Shown here piece by piece: positions 29,155 to 37,974 of a stretch of DNA of 37,974 bases (positions are counted from its first letter, which is position 1; every line of letters starts with the position of its first letter). The notes under the pieces were generated by a model. The model was not told where the DNA came from. It did not search any database and saw only the letters and a program-made list of their open reading frames with translations. The stretch is from a virus (Duplodnaviria; Heunggongvirae; Uroviricota; Caudoviricetes): the IMG/VR virus record IMGVR_UViG_2548877011_000015. One strand, written 5' to 3'. Made by a program: the position numbers and the translations under genes.

Positions 29155-29670
29155 ATGGCTTTACCACGCAAATTAAAACACCTCAACCTGTTTAACGACG
29201 GGAACAACTGGCAGGGGATCGTTGAGTCGCTGACGCTGCCGAAATTCACCCGCAAATATGAGAAGTATCGCGGTGGCGGAATGCCGGGTGCAGTGGATGT
29301 GGATTTGGGGCTGGATGATAGTGCGCTGGACACAGAATTTTCCATTGGTGGTACTGAACTGCTGCTGTTTAAGCAGATGGGCAAAGTCACGGTGGATGGT
29401 ATCCAGTTGCGCTTTACCGGCTCTATTCAGCGTGACGATACCGGGGAAGTGCAGGCCGTGGAGCTTGTGGTGCGTGGACGTCACAAAGAAGTGGATTCCG
29501 GCGAGTGGAAGACGGGCGAAAGCAACACCACCAAAGTGACCAGTACCAACAGCTACGCGAAGCTGACTATCAATGGTGAGGTGCTCTATGAAGTGGACCT
29601 TATCAACATGGTGGAAATTGTGGACGGCGTGGACCTGATGGAAGCGCACCGCAACGCCCTCGGCCTCTGA
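29155..29670 (+). CDS. FII: tail tube protein FII
   Basis: 171 aa, follows sheath gene. Confidence 0.85.
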   Translation: MALPRKLKHLNLFNDGNNWQGIVESLTLPKFTRKYEKYRGGGMPGAVDVDLGLDDSALDTEFSIGGTELLLFKQMGKVTVDGIQLRFTGSIQRDDTGEVQAVELVVRGRHKEVDSGEWKTGESNTTKVTSTNSYAKLTINGEVLYEVDLINMVEIVDGVDLMEAHRNALGL

Positions 29671-29724
29671 TGTATCTGAACGGCGCGGGATTCCGCGCCA
29701 GAACCCAATTGACAGGACAGAAAA

Positions 29725-30027
29725 ATGAGCGATAAGCAGACTGAAAAGACTATTCAACTGGATACCCCTATCAAGCGCGGTAAAACGGAAATCACCGAAA
29801 TTGTGCTGCGTAAACCGCAGTCCGGTGCACTGCGCGGTACACGCCTGCAGGCTATTATGGATATGGATGTGAACGCGATGATGACCGTGATCCCCCGCAT
29901 CTCCAGCCCGGCACTGACTGCACAGGAAATTGCAGAGATGGACCCGGCAGATCTCACCGCTATGTCGGTTGAGGTTGTCACTTTTTTGTTGAAGAAGTCG
30001 GTACTTGCCGGTTTACCGACAGCCTGA
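29725..30027 (+). CDS. E: tail assembly chaperone E
   Basis: 100 aa upstream of the tape measure gene; contains slippery T6G at 29982-29988. Confidence 0.8.
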   Translation: MSDKQTEKTIQLDTPIKRGKTEITEIVLRKPQSGALRGTRLQAIMDMDVNAMMTVIPRISSPALTAQEIAEMDPADLTAMSVEVVTFLLKKSVLAGLPTA

Positions 30028-30161
30028 CGGTTGACGATCTGGTGGCTGATATCGCCACCATCTTTCACTGGCCGCCATCCGTTACTGACGTTATGCCGCT
30101 GACCGAAGTGCTGGAATGGCGGTATAAAGCGATTCAGAGAAGCGGGGCCAACGATGAGTGA
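29725..30161 (+). CDS. E': E+E' fusion chaperone produced by programmed -1 frameshift
   Basis: Slippery heptamer t_ttt_ttg at 29982-29988; the -1 frame is open from there to TGA at 30159-30161 and encodes ...HWPPSVTDVMPLTEVLEWRYKAIQRSGANDE; stop overlaps the T start. Confidence 0.7.
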
Positions 30162-33100
30162 TAATAACCTGCGCCTGCAGGTCATTCTTAATGCGGTTGA
30201 CAAACTCACCCGCCCATTCCGTGCTGCACAGGCCAGTTCGAAAGAGCTGGCTGGCGCAATCAGAAACTCCCGTGACGCATTAAAGCAACTCAATCAGGCG
30301 GGTAACAGCTTGGAAAAATTTCGCAAGCTGCAGGCCGATAACAAGAAGTTAGGCGACAGGCTGAACTATGCCAGACAGAAGGCAAATTTGCTTAGTTCTG
30401 AGCTGGAAGCGATGGAACAACCATCACAACGGCACCTTGTGGCTTTAGGTCGGCAAACGCTGGCAGTCCAACGCCTGGAAGAACAACAAAAATATTTGCA
30501 GAAGCAAACGGCGCTTGTGCGTGCAGAACTGTACCGGACGGGAATTTCTGCGAAAGATGATGCGGGAGCAACTGCCCGTTTAGCCCGTGAAACATCACGT
30601 TATAACCAGGAATTGTCGAAACAGGAGGCGCGGCTGAAGCGACTGGGTGAAGCTCAGCGCAGGATGAATGCGGCGCGTGCCAGTTATGCCCGTTCGCTGG
30701 AGGTGCGCGATCGTATTGCAGGAGCCGGAGCCACTACCACGGCTGCAGGGCTGGCAATGGGGACGCCAGTGATGGCGGCAGTAAAAAGCTATACCAGCAT
30801 GGAAGATGCCATGAAAGGTGTGGCAAAGCAGGTCAATGGTCTGCGTGACGATAATGGAAACCGTACTGCACGTTTTTATGAAATGCAGGATGCCATCAAG
30901 GCTGCCAGCGAACAGTTGCCGATGGAAAACGGTGCGGTGGACTTCGCTGCACTGGTTGAAGGTGGTGCGCGCATGAACGTCGCAGACCCTGACGACAGCT
31001 GGGAAGACCAGAAACGTGACCTGCTGGCCTTCGCCAGTACGGCAGCAAAGGCGGCAACAGCCTTTGAGCTGCCAGCGGATGAACTGTCAGAAAGTCTGGG
31101 GAAAATCGCCCAGCTCTACAAAATACCTACCCGCAATATTGAACAGCTCGGCGATGCGCTGAACTATCTGGATGATAACGCCATGTCGAAAGGGGCGGAC
31201 ATCATTGATGTGATGCAACGTCTGGGCGGTGTGGCTGACCGTCTGGATTATAGTAAAGCGGCGGCACTGGGTTCCACCTTTCTGACACTGGGCGCTGCGC
31301 CGGAGGTTGCAGCCAGTGCAGCAAACGCGATGGTGCGTGAATTGTCCATTGCCACCATGCAAAGCAAGAGTTTCTTTGAAGGGATGAATCTGCTGAAACT
31401 CAATCCTGAAGTGATTGAAAAGCAGATGACGAAGGATGCGATGGGAACTATCCAGCGTGTGCTGGAGAAGGTGAACGCACTGCCGCAGGACAAGCGTCTG
31501 TCTGCCATGACCATGTTGTTTGGTAAAGAGTTTGGCGATGACGCGGCGAAACTGGCAAACAACCTGCCGGAACTACAGCGCCAGCTAAAACTGACAGCGG
31601 GCAATGATGCGCTCGGTTCCATGCAGAAAGAATCCGACATCAACAAGGACTCACTTTCTGCTCAGTGGTTGCTGGTTAAAACCGGAGCGCAGAATACCTT
31701 CAGCAGCCTGGGAGAAACGCTGTGCCAGCCGCTGATGGATATTCTGTACACGGTGAAAAGCGTTACGGGAGCGTTGCGTCGCTGGGTGGAAGCTAACCCG
31801 GAACTGACGGGCACACTGATGAAAGTAGCCGCTATTGTGGCTGCGGTTACCGTAGGCCTCGGCACCTTGGCTGTGGCGCTGGCTGCAGTGCTGGGGCCGC
31901 TGGCAGTCATCCGTCTGGGATTCTCTGTGCTGGGCATCAAAACGTTACCTTCCATTACGGCAGCAGTAACACGAACTAGCAGCGCGTTGTCCTGGCTGGC
32001 TGGCGCTCCACTGGCAGTGCTGCGACGCGGGCTTGCTTCATCGGGTAACGCAGCGGGTTTACTTACTGCGCCGTTGTCGTCTTTGCGCCGTACGGCATCA
32101 CTGACGGGAAATGTCCTGAAAACTGTAGCAGGTGCGCCGGTTGCACTATTGCGGTCTGGATTATCCGCTTTACATGCTGTTGCTGTGATGTTTATGAATC
32201 CTCTGGCGGTACTGCGCGGTGGACTGGCTGCCGTAGGCGCGGTGCTTCGTGTGCTTGCATCTGGTCCGCTGGCGATGCTGCGCGTTGCCCTGTATGCCAT
32301 ATCTGGTCTGTTAGGTGCTCTGCTCAGTCCGATAGGTCTTGTGGTTACTGCACTGGCGGGCGTGGCGCTGGTTGTCTGGAAATACTGGCAACCCATCACC
32401 GCATTTCTCGGTGGCGTGGTGGAAGGATTCAAAGCGGCGGCAGGTCCCATCAGTGCTGCATTCGAACCACTTAAGCCTGTGTTTCAGTGGATTGGCGACA
32501 AAGTACAGGCGCTGTGGGGCTGGTTTACTGATCTGCTGACGCCCGTTAAGTCGACCTCTGCCGAACTGCAGAGTGCAGCGGCAATGGGGCGGCGATTCGG
32601 GGAGGCACTGGCGGAAGGGCTGAATATGGTCATGCATCCGCTGGACTCCCTGAAATCCGGCGTTTCCTGGTTGCTGGAGAAGCTCGGCATTGTCAGTAAA
32701 GAGGCCGCAAAGGCAAAACTGCCGGAAAGCGTGACGCGTCAGCAACCTGCGACGGTGAATGCAGACGGTAAAGTGATGATGCCATCGGGTGGTTTTCCAT
32801 CATGGGGATATGGCTTTGCGGGGATGTATGACAGCGGCGGGTATATCCCGCGCGGGCAGTTTGGCATCGTCGGTGAAAACGGGCCGGAAATTGTTAACGG
32901 CCCGGCAAATGTGACCAGCCGGAGAAATACAGCTGCACTGGCTGCCGTTGTTGCCGGAATGATGGGCGTTGCTGCCGCGCCTGCAGAGCTTCCACCGTTG
33001 CATCCTTTGGCACTTCCCGCGAAAGGCGGCGAAGCGATGGTGAGTCGTGCAGCCACTGTGCCGCCCGTTCACCGGATTGAGGCACCGACGCAGATCATCA

Positions 33101-33231
33101 TTCAGACGCAGCTAGGACAAAGTGCGCAGGATATTGCGCGGGAGGTGGCACGCCAGCTTGATGAACGTGAACGCAGGCTGAAGGCAAAAGCCAGGAGTAA
33201 CTACAGCGATCAGGGGGGATACGACGCATGA
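30154..33231 (+). CDS. T: tail tape measure protein T
   Basis: 1025 aa; long Ala/Leu-rich helical protein in the canonical position. Confidence 0.85.
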   Translation: MSDNNLRLQVILNAVDKLTRPFRAAQASSKELAGAIRNSRDALKQLNQAGNSLEKFRKLQADNKKLGDRLNYARQKANLLSSELEAMEQPSQRHLVALGRQTLAVQRLEEQQKYLQKQTALVRAELYRTGISAKDDAGATARLARETSRYNQELSKQEARLKRLGEAQRRMNAARASYARSLEVRDRIAGAGATTTAAGLAMGTPVMAAVKSYTSMEDAMKGVAKQVNGLRDDNGNRTARFYEMQDAIKAASEQLPMENGAVDFAALVEGGARMNVADPDDSWEDQKRDLLAFASTAAKAATAFELPADELSESLGKIAQLYKIPTRNIEQLGDALNYLDDNAMSKGADIIDVMQRLGGVADRLDYSKAAALGSTFLTLGAAPEVAASAANAMVRELSIATMQSKSFFEGMNLLKLNPEVIEKQMTKDAMGTIQRVLEKVNALPQDKRLSAMTMLFGKEFGDDAAKLANNLPELQRQLKLTAGNDALGSMQKESDINKDSLSAQWLLVKTGAQNTFSSLGETLCQPLMDILYTVKSVTGALRRWVEANPELTGTLMKVAAIVAAVTVGLGTLAVALAAVLGPLAVIRLGFSVLGIKTLPSITAAVTRTSSALSWLAGAPLAVLRRGLASSGNAAGLLTAPLSSLRRTASLTGNVLKTVAGAPVALLRSGLSALHAVAVMFMNPLAVLRGGLAAVGAVLRVLASGPLAMLRVALYAISGLLGALLSPIGLVVTALAGVALVVWKYWQPITAFLGGVVEGFKAAAGPISAAFEPLKPVFQWIGDKVQALWGWFTDLLTPVKSTSAELQSAAAMGRRFGEALAEGLNMVMHPLDSLKSGVSWLLEKLGIVSKEAAKAKLPESVTRQQPATVNADGKVMMPSGGFPSWGYGFAGMYDSGGYIPRGQFGIVGENGPEIVNGPANVTSRRNTAALAAVVAGMMGVAAAPAELPPLHPLALPAKGGEAMVSRAATVPPVHRIEAPTQIIIQTQLGQSAQDIAREVARQLDERERRLKAKARSNYSDQGGYDA

Positions 33232-33713
33232 TGATGGTGCTGGGATTGTACGTGTTTATGCTGCGCACCGTTCCGTATCAGGAACTGCAGTATCAACGCA
33301 GCTGGCGACATGCGGCAAACAGCCGGGTAAACCGTCGTCCGTCCACGCAGTTTCTGGGACCGGACAACGACATGCTGACGCTTTCCGGTGTTCTTATGCC
33401 GGAGATAACAGGCGGCAGGCTGTCGTTGCTGGCTCTGGAGCAGATGGCAGAACAGGGGAAAGCATGGCCCCTGATTGAAGGTAGCGGCACGATTTACGGC
33501 ATGTATGTGATTGAGGGACTGAATCAGACTAAAACGGAGTTTTTCCGCGACGGTATGCCGCGCCGGATTGAGTTCACCCTGTCGCTCAAACGGGTGGATG
33601 AATCCCTGTCCGATATGTTCGGTGATCTCAATTCGCAGCTGAATAAGCTGCAGGACACGGCAACATCTGCATTAAGCGATATCAGTAAAACTGTGGGAGG
33701 GCTGTTGTCGTGA
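33228..33713 (+). CDS. U: tail protein U
   Basis: 161 aa, ATGA overlap with T. Confidence 0.8.
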   Translation: MMMVLGLYVFMLRTVPYQELQYQRSWRHAANSRVNRRPSTQFLGPDNDMLTLSGVLMPEITGGRLSLLALEQMAEQGKAWPLIEGSGTIYGMYVIEGLNQTKTEFFRDGMPRRIEFTLSLKRVDESLSDMFGDLNSQLNKLQDTATSALSDISKTVGGLLS

Positions 33714-34810
33714 ATTTCAGCTCTGAACTGCTTAACAAAGGTAACAAAACTCCCGCATTCAGCATCAGTATTGAGGGCAGGGATATCACCACTGTGCTGG
33801 ATAACCGCCTGATGAGGCTGACGCTGACGGATAACCGGGGCTTTGAAGCGGACCAGCTTGATCTGGAGCTGGACGACGCCGATGGAAAAATAGCGCTGCC
33901 GCGCCGTGGTGCTGTCATTACGCTGGCGCTGGGCTGGAAGGGGCAGCCGCTTTTCCCGAAAGGGGCATTCACGGTGGACGAGATTGAACACACTGGCGCA
34001 CCGGACCGCCTGACTATCCGGGCGCGAAGTGCTGATTTTCGGGAAACGCTGAATACCCGCCGTGAAAAATCGTGGCATAAGACCACCGTCGGGGAAGTGG
34101 TGAAGGAAATAGCCTCGCGGCATAAGCTGAAGATGGCACTGGGTAAAGACCTGTCGGATAAGCTCGTAGAGCATATAGACCAGACTAATGAGAGTGACGG
34201 TAGTTTTCTGATGCGGCTGGCGCGACAGTACGGTGCCATCGCGTCGGTGAAAAATGGCAATCTGTTATTCATCCGGCAGGGGCAGGGCAAAAGCGCCACT
34301 GGTAAACCACTGCCGGTGATCACTATCACACGCAAGGACGGCGACAGTCACCGCTTTACCCTGGCAGATCGCGGAGCCTACACGGGCGTAATTGCCAGTT
34401 GGTTGCATACCCGCGAACCCGCGAAGAAAGAAAGCACCACGGTGAAGCGTAAGCGCAGGACTAAGAAGCAGAAGAAAGAGCCGGAAGCGAAGCAGGGCGA
34501 TTACCTGGTGGGTACGGATGAAAACGTGCTGGTACTTAATCGCACCTATGCTAATCGGAGTAACGCCGAACGGGCAGCGAAAATGCAGTGGGAACGCCTG
34601 CAACGCGGCGTTGCGTCATTCTCGCTACAACTGGCGGAAGGGCGGGCAGATCTCTACACGGAAATGCCAGTGAAAGTCAGTGGCTTTAAACAGCCGATAG
34701 ATGATGCGGAATGGACCATTACGACTCTGACGCATACCGTCAGCCCGGATAACGGTTTTACGACCAGTCTGGAGCTTGAAGTGAGGATTGATGATTTCGA
34801 AATGGAATGA
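33710..34810 (+). CDS. D: tail protein D (late control D)
   Basis: 366 aa, GTG start overlapping U stop; last tail gene before ogr. Confidence 0.8.
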   Translation: MNFSSELLNKGNKTPAFSISIEGRDITTVLDNRLMRLTLTDNRGFEADQLDLELDDADGKIALPRRGAVITLALGWKGQPLFPKGAFTVDEIEHTGAPDRLTIRARSADFRETLNTRREKSWHKTTVGEVVKEIASRHKLKMALGKDLSDKLVEHIDQTNESDGSFLMRLARQYGAIASVKNGNLLFIRQGQGKSATGKPLPVITITRKDGDSHRFTLADRGAYTGVIASWLHTREPAKKESTTVKRKRRTKKQKKEPEAKQGDYLVGTDENVLVLNRTYANRSNAERAAKMQWERLQRGVASFSLQLAEGRADLYTEMPVKVSGFKQPIDDAEWTITTLTHTVSPDNGFTTSLELEVRIDDFEME

Positions 34811-34900
34811 TTCTTCGCAATGGAGAACTTTTAAGTTTGTAAAATAGAATAATGCGGTATCATTATTGTGAATTTAGCAAAAATGGGGAGAGCTCGAAAA

Positions 34901-35119
34901 ATGATGATTTGCCCACTGTGTGGAAGTGCCGCCCATACTCGCAGCAGTTTTCAGGTATCTTCATTGACCAAAGAGCGTTACAACCAGTGCCAGAACATTA
35001 ACTGCAGCCATACTTTTGTTACCCATGAAACTTTTGTTCGTTCGATTGCAACGCCAAAAGAGTCAAATCCGGTTCAGCCGCATCCAATGAAATCAGGACA
35101 GGTGGCGCTCTCTCTTTGA
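34901..35119 (+). CDS. ogr: Ogr/Delta-family zinc-finger late gene activator
   Basis: 72 aa from ATG at 34901; MMICPLCGSAAHTRSS...KERYNQCQNINCSHTF carries the CxxC...CxxxxC finger and resembles P2 Ogr as I recall it. Confidence 0.85.
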   Translation: MMICPLCGSAAHTRSSFQVSSLTKERYNQCQNINCSHTFVTHETFVRSIATPKESNPVQPHPMKSGQVALSL

Positions 35120-35120
35120 C

Positions 35121-35142
35121 GCTGCCGCCATTTTGTCGCCAT
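35121..35142. repeat. candidate attR core (direct repeat gctgccgccaTtttgtcgcca)
   Basis: 21/22 identical to 20..41; lies immediately after ogr, where P2-type att sites are located. Confidence 0.5.
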
Positions 35143-35198
35143 CGTTAAAAAACAGTGCTTCTAACATCATGATTTTAAACAGCTTAAATTTCAGGCAA

Positions 35199-35242
35199 CA
35201 AAAAACCCATCAACCTTGAACCGAAATGGCGGGGTTGATGGG
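35199..35242 (-). terminator. candidate rho-independent terminator for ybjL
   Basis: Stem cccatcaacc / ggttgatggg (35206-35215 and 35233-35242) with an A7 run on the + strand, giving a U tract after the stem on the minus strand; loop is long (17 nt). Confidence 0.4.
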
Positions 35243-35354
35243 CTCCACAAAATGGGGACATCAAAGAAAAGCAGTGGCACTAATTAAGACTGATGCCCTG
35301 CGGAAAAGTTCTGCGGTTGTGCAAAAAAATTTCATTTTCAGGGCAACTTCAGTT

Positions 35355-37040
35355 TTATCCTAATCCTGGCCATACCATGACGATGATTGTCCCTGCCAGC
35401 GTCAGCAGGACGTTGGCGATTGCGTAGGTGCCCGCATAGCCCAGCGCAGGGATGTTACTGCGAGCTGTATCACTGATGATCTCCATTGCCGGCGCGCAGG
35501 TGCGTGCGCCCATCATTGCGCCGAACAACAGTGCGCGGTTCATTCGCAATACATAAGCACCGAACAAGAAACAGATAACCACGGGCACAAGACTGACAAT
35601 TAATCCGGCAATCAACATCTGACCGCCAATCGCGCCCAGGCCGTTATTAATACCGCTACCGGCGCTCAGACCAACGCCTGCCATAAACACCATCAAGCCG
35701 AACTCTTTCACCATGCTTAATGCACCTTGCGGAATGTAACCGAAGGTCGGGTGGTTAGCACGCATAAAGCCCAGCATAATTCCGGCGAATAACAACCCGG
35801 CAGCGTTCCCCATGCCGAAACTGAATGTGCTGAACTGGAAGGTGATCATCCCGATCATCAGCCCAATAACAAAGAAGGCGCAAAATGCCAGCAGGTCAGT
35901 GACCTGGCTGTGAATCGAGATAAAGCCGATGCGATCGGCGATGGTTTTTACGCGACGGGCATCACCGCTGACTTGTAAAACGTCACCTTTGTTAAGCACG
36001 ACGTTGTCATCTATCGGCATCTCAATCTGGCTACGAATGACGCGGTTAAGGAAGCAACCGTGATCGGTCAACTTCAGTTGTGCGAGACGTTTACCTACAG
36101 CGTTATGGTTTTTAACGACCACTTCTTCAGTGACGATACGCATGTCGAGAAGGTCACGATCGAAAACTTCTTTACCGTTACGGAAGCTGGGATCGAGTCG
36201 GGCATGGGCGTCGGGATAGCCTACCAACGCTATTTCATCGCCCATTTGTAGCACGGCATCACCGTCTGGATTTGCCAGAATCCCGTTACGTCGAATACGT
36301 TCAATGTAGCAGCCGGTTTGTCGATAAATACCCAGTTCACGCAGATTTTTGCCGTCGGTCCAGGCCACCAGCTCCGGGCCGACGCGATAGGCGCGGATCA
36401 CCGGTAAATAAACCTTACGGTTGGCATCAGTGTCCAGGCCACGTTCGCGGGCGATTTGCTGGGCGCTGGTCTGTAAGTCCTGATGCTGCAATTTCGGCAA
36501 GTAACGCGCACCAACAATCAAACTCACCAGACCGATTAAATAGGTTAAGGCATATCCGAGGCTCAGATTATCCAGTGCCAGTGAGAGCTGCCTGCTTTCC
36601 ATACCGGAATGACGCAGTGTATCGCCAGCACCGACCAGAACCGGTGTCGACGTCATAGAGCCTGCTAACATACCGGCCGTCAGGCCAATATCCCAGCCAA
36701 ACAGCTTACCTAACCCTAAGGCGATCACCAGCGCACTGCCAACCATCACCAGTGCTAACATTAGGTAATTTTTCCCATCGCGAAAAAAAATGGAAAAAAA
36801 GTTCGGTCCGGCTTCGACCCCGACGCAGAAAATAAACAGCATAAAGCCAAGATTAAGCGCATCGGTGTTAATGCTGAAATGTTGTTGGCCTAATAACAGC
36901 GATACGACTAAAACGCCAATGGAATTACCCAGTTGGATCGAACCAAGTCGTAACTTTCCGAGACATAGCCCAAGCGCGAGGACCACAAATAATAACAGAA
37001 TGTAATTCCCATTTAACAATTCGGCGACGTTTATATTCAC
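35355..37040 (-). CDS. ybjL: AAE-family putative transporter YbjL (host)
   Basis: 561-aa multi-pass membrane protein; N-terminus [33 protein letters not shown] recognised as E. coli YbjL; normal host GC content. Confidence 0.8.
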
Positions 37041-37309
37041 GGAGGCTAACTTCTTGTTTACTAGTAAGCTGTTGAAAGAAATGGTAATTTACGATAATGT
37101 TTTTTACCAGAATTCAGGGCGCAGATTCATTCAGCGCACCTAAACGATAGTAAAGTAACAATATATTTTACTAGTGTAATCACATTAGGTATCAACGGCT
37201 ATATGAATTGCGTTGGCCTATATTAGCATGGAATGCGAAGCGGCTTTATCTTACTGAACGCCACACTGGCGAAAAATGTGTTCGATAGACGCAGTGTCAG
37301 GAGGAACGA

Positions 37310-37687
37310 GTGAAACATAAACAACGTTGGGCGGGGGCAATCTGCTGTTTTGTCCTCTTCATTGTGGTGTGCCTTTTTCTGGCGACGCACATGAAAGGCG
37401 CTTTTCGGGCTGCCGGGCATCCTGAAATCGGCTTGCTGTTTTTCATTCTTCCTGGAGCAGTTGCCAGTTTCTTTTCACAGCGTAGAGAAGTCCTGAAACC
37501 TCTATTTGGCGCAATGCTGGCGGCACCCTGTTCAATGCTTATTATGCGGCTGTTTTTTTCACCGACCCGCTCATTCTGGCAAGAGCTGGCATGGTTACTA
37601 AGCGCGGTGTTCTGGTGTGCGCTGGGGGCACTGTGTTTCTTATTTATCAGTAGTTTGTTTAAACCACAGCACAGAAAAAATCAGTAA
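37310..37687 (+). CDS. ybjM: inner membrane protein YbjM (host)
   Basis: 125-aa membrane protein with GTG start at 37310; position between ybjL and grxA as in E. coli. Confidence 0.7.
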   Translation: MKHKQRWAGAICCFVLFIVVCLFLATHMKGAFRAAGHPEIGLLFFILPGAVASFFSQRREVLKPLFGAMLAAPCSMLIMRLFFSPTRSFWQELAWLLSAVFWCALGALCFLFISSLFKPQHRKNQ

Positions 37688-37716
37688 AGCCCTCAACGCG
37701 AGGGCTTGTCAGACGA

Positions 37717-37974
37717 TCAGGCGTCCAGATTTTCTTTCACCCATGCAGCAAAATCGGTATAGCCGCCGATATGTTGCTGATCGACAAAAATCTGCGGCAC
37801 GGTTTCTACGGGTTTACCTGCCTTTTGTTGTAGATCTTCTTTAGTGATCCCTTCCGCACGAATATCTACATACTGATACTGAAAATCATCGCGTTCATTG
37901 CTCAATTTCTCAGCCAGATCTTTTGCACGCACACAGTAAGGGCAACCCGGACGACCAAAAATAACGGTTTGCAT
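37717..37974 (-). CDS. grxA: glutaredoxin 1 (host)
   Basis: 85 aa MQTVIFGRPGCPYCVRAKDLAEKL... with CPYC active site; ATG at 37972-37974. Confidence 0.9.
   Translation of the reverse strand: MQTVIFGRPGCPYCVRAKDLAEKLSNERDDFQYQYVDIRAEGITKEDLQQKAGKPVETVPQIFVDQQHIGGYTDFAAWVKENLDA

Larger units (their letters stand above)
20..35142. mobile_element. P2/186-like prophage (integrated, near complete)
   Basis: Bounded by int at left and ogr at right with flanking 22-bp direct repeats; full P2-type gene order int-cI-apl-cII...A...cos-Q-P-O-N-M-L-X-lysis-R-S-V-W-J-I-H-G-FI-FII-E-T-U-D-ogr; host genes ybjL/ybjM/grxA follow. Confidence 0.85.

Noticed and set aside
36950-36965. Hand translation of ybjL near 36960 appeared to need one extra base relative to the printed line numbering (possible frameshift).
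   Set aside because: The supplied ORF track gives an uninterrupted 561-aa ORF, and flanking genes agree with the coordinates; most likely a manual reading or counting error on my part, not a biological frameshift.
1-37974. CRISPR arrays, tRNA/rRNA genes, IS elements.
   Set aside because: No short regularly spaced repeats, no tRNA-like cloverleaf candidates at the att sites, and no transposase-like ORFs or terminal inverted repeats were seen.

Overview
The window is an almost complete P2/186-family temperate myovirus prophage (about 35.1 kb, roughly 20..35142), followed by three host genes that match E. coli ybjL, ybjM and grxA. The prophage runs from the integrase (3' end at base 1) through a 186-like immunity/early region (CI-like repressor, Apl/Cox-like, CII-like, Dam methylase, replication protein A, a LexA-box-controlled tum/DinI-like module) to the full late cluster (Q P O N M L X, lysis cassette, R S V W J I H G FI FII E/E' T U D, ogr). 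Imperfect 22-bp direct repeats at 20..41 and 35121..35142 look like attL/attR. Three low-GC accessory islands interrupt the conserved backbone: (1) 8.6-11.0 kb, between the DinI-like gene and a cos-like site, with two convergent unknown genes; (2) 11.2-13.8 kb, between cos and portal gene Q, with a two-gene ATPase + HNH nuclease operon resembling Septu (PtuA/PtuB) but with an unusual ~215-aa N-terminal extension; (3) 22.65-23.2 kb, a single unknown gene at the P2 orf30 position between S and V. A small secreted Cys-containing peptide gene sits between int and cI. All calls rest on reading the supplied ORF translations and the DNA by eye; no database search or HMM was run. Protein family names come from recognised motifs and P2/186 synteny and should be confirmed by search.
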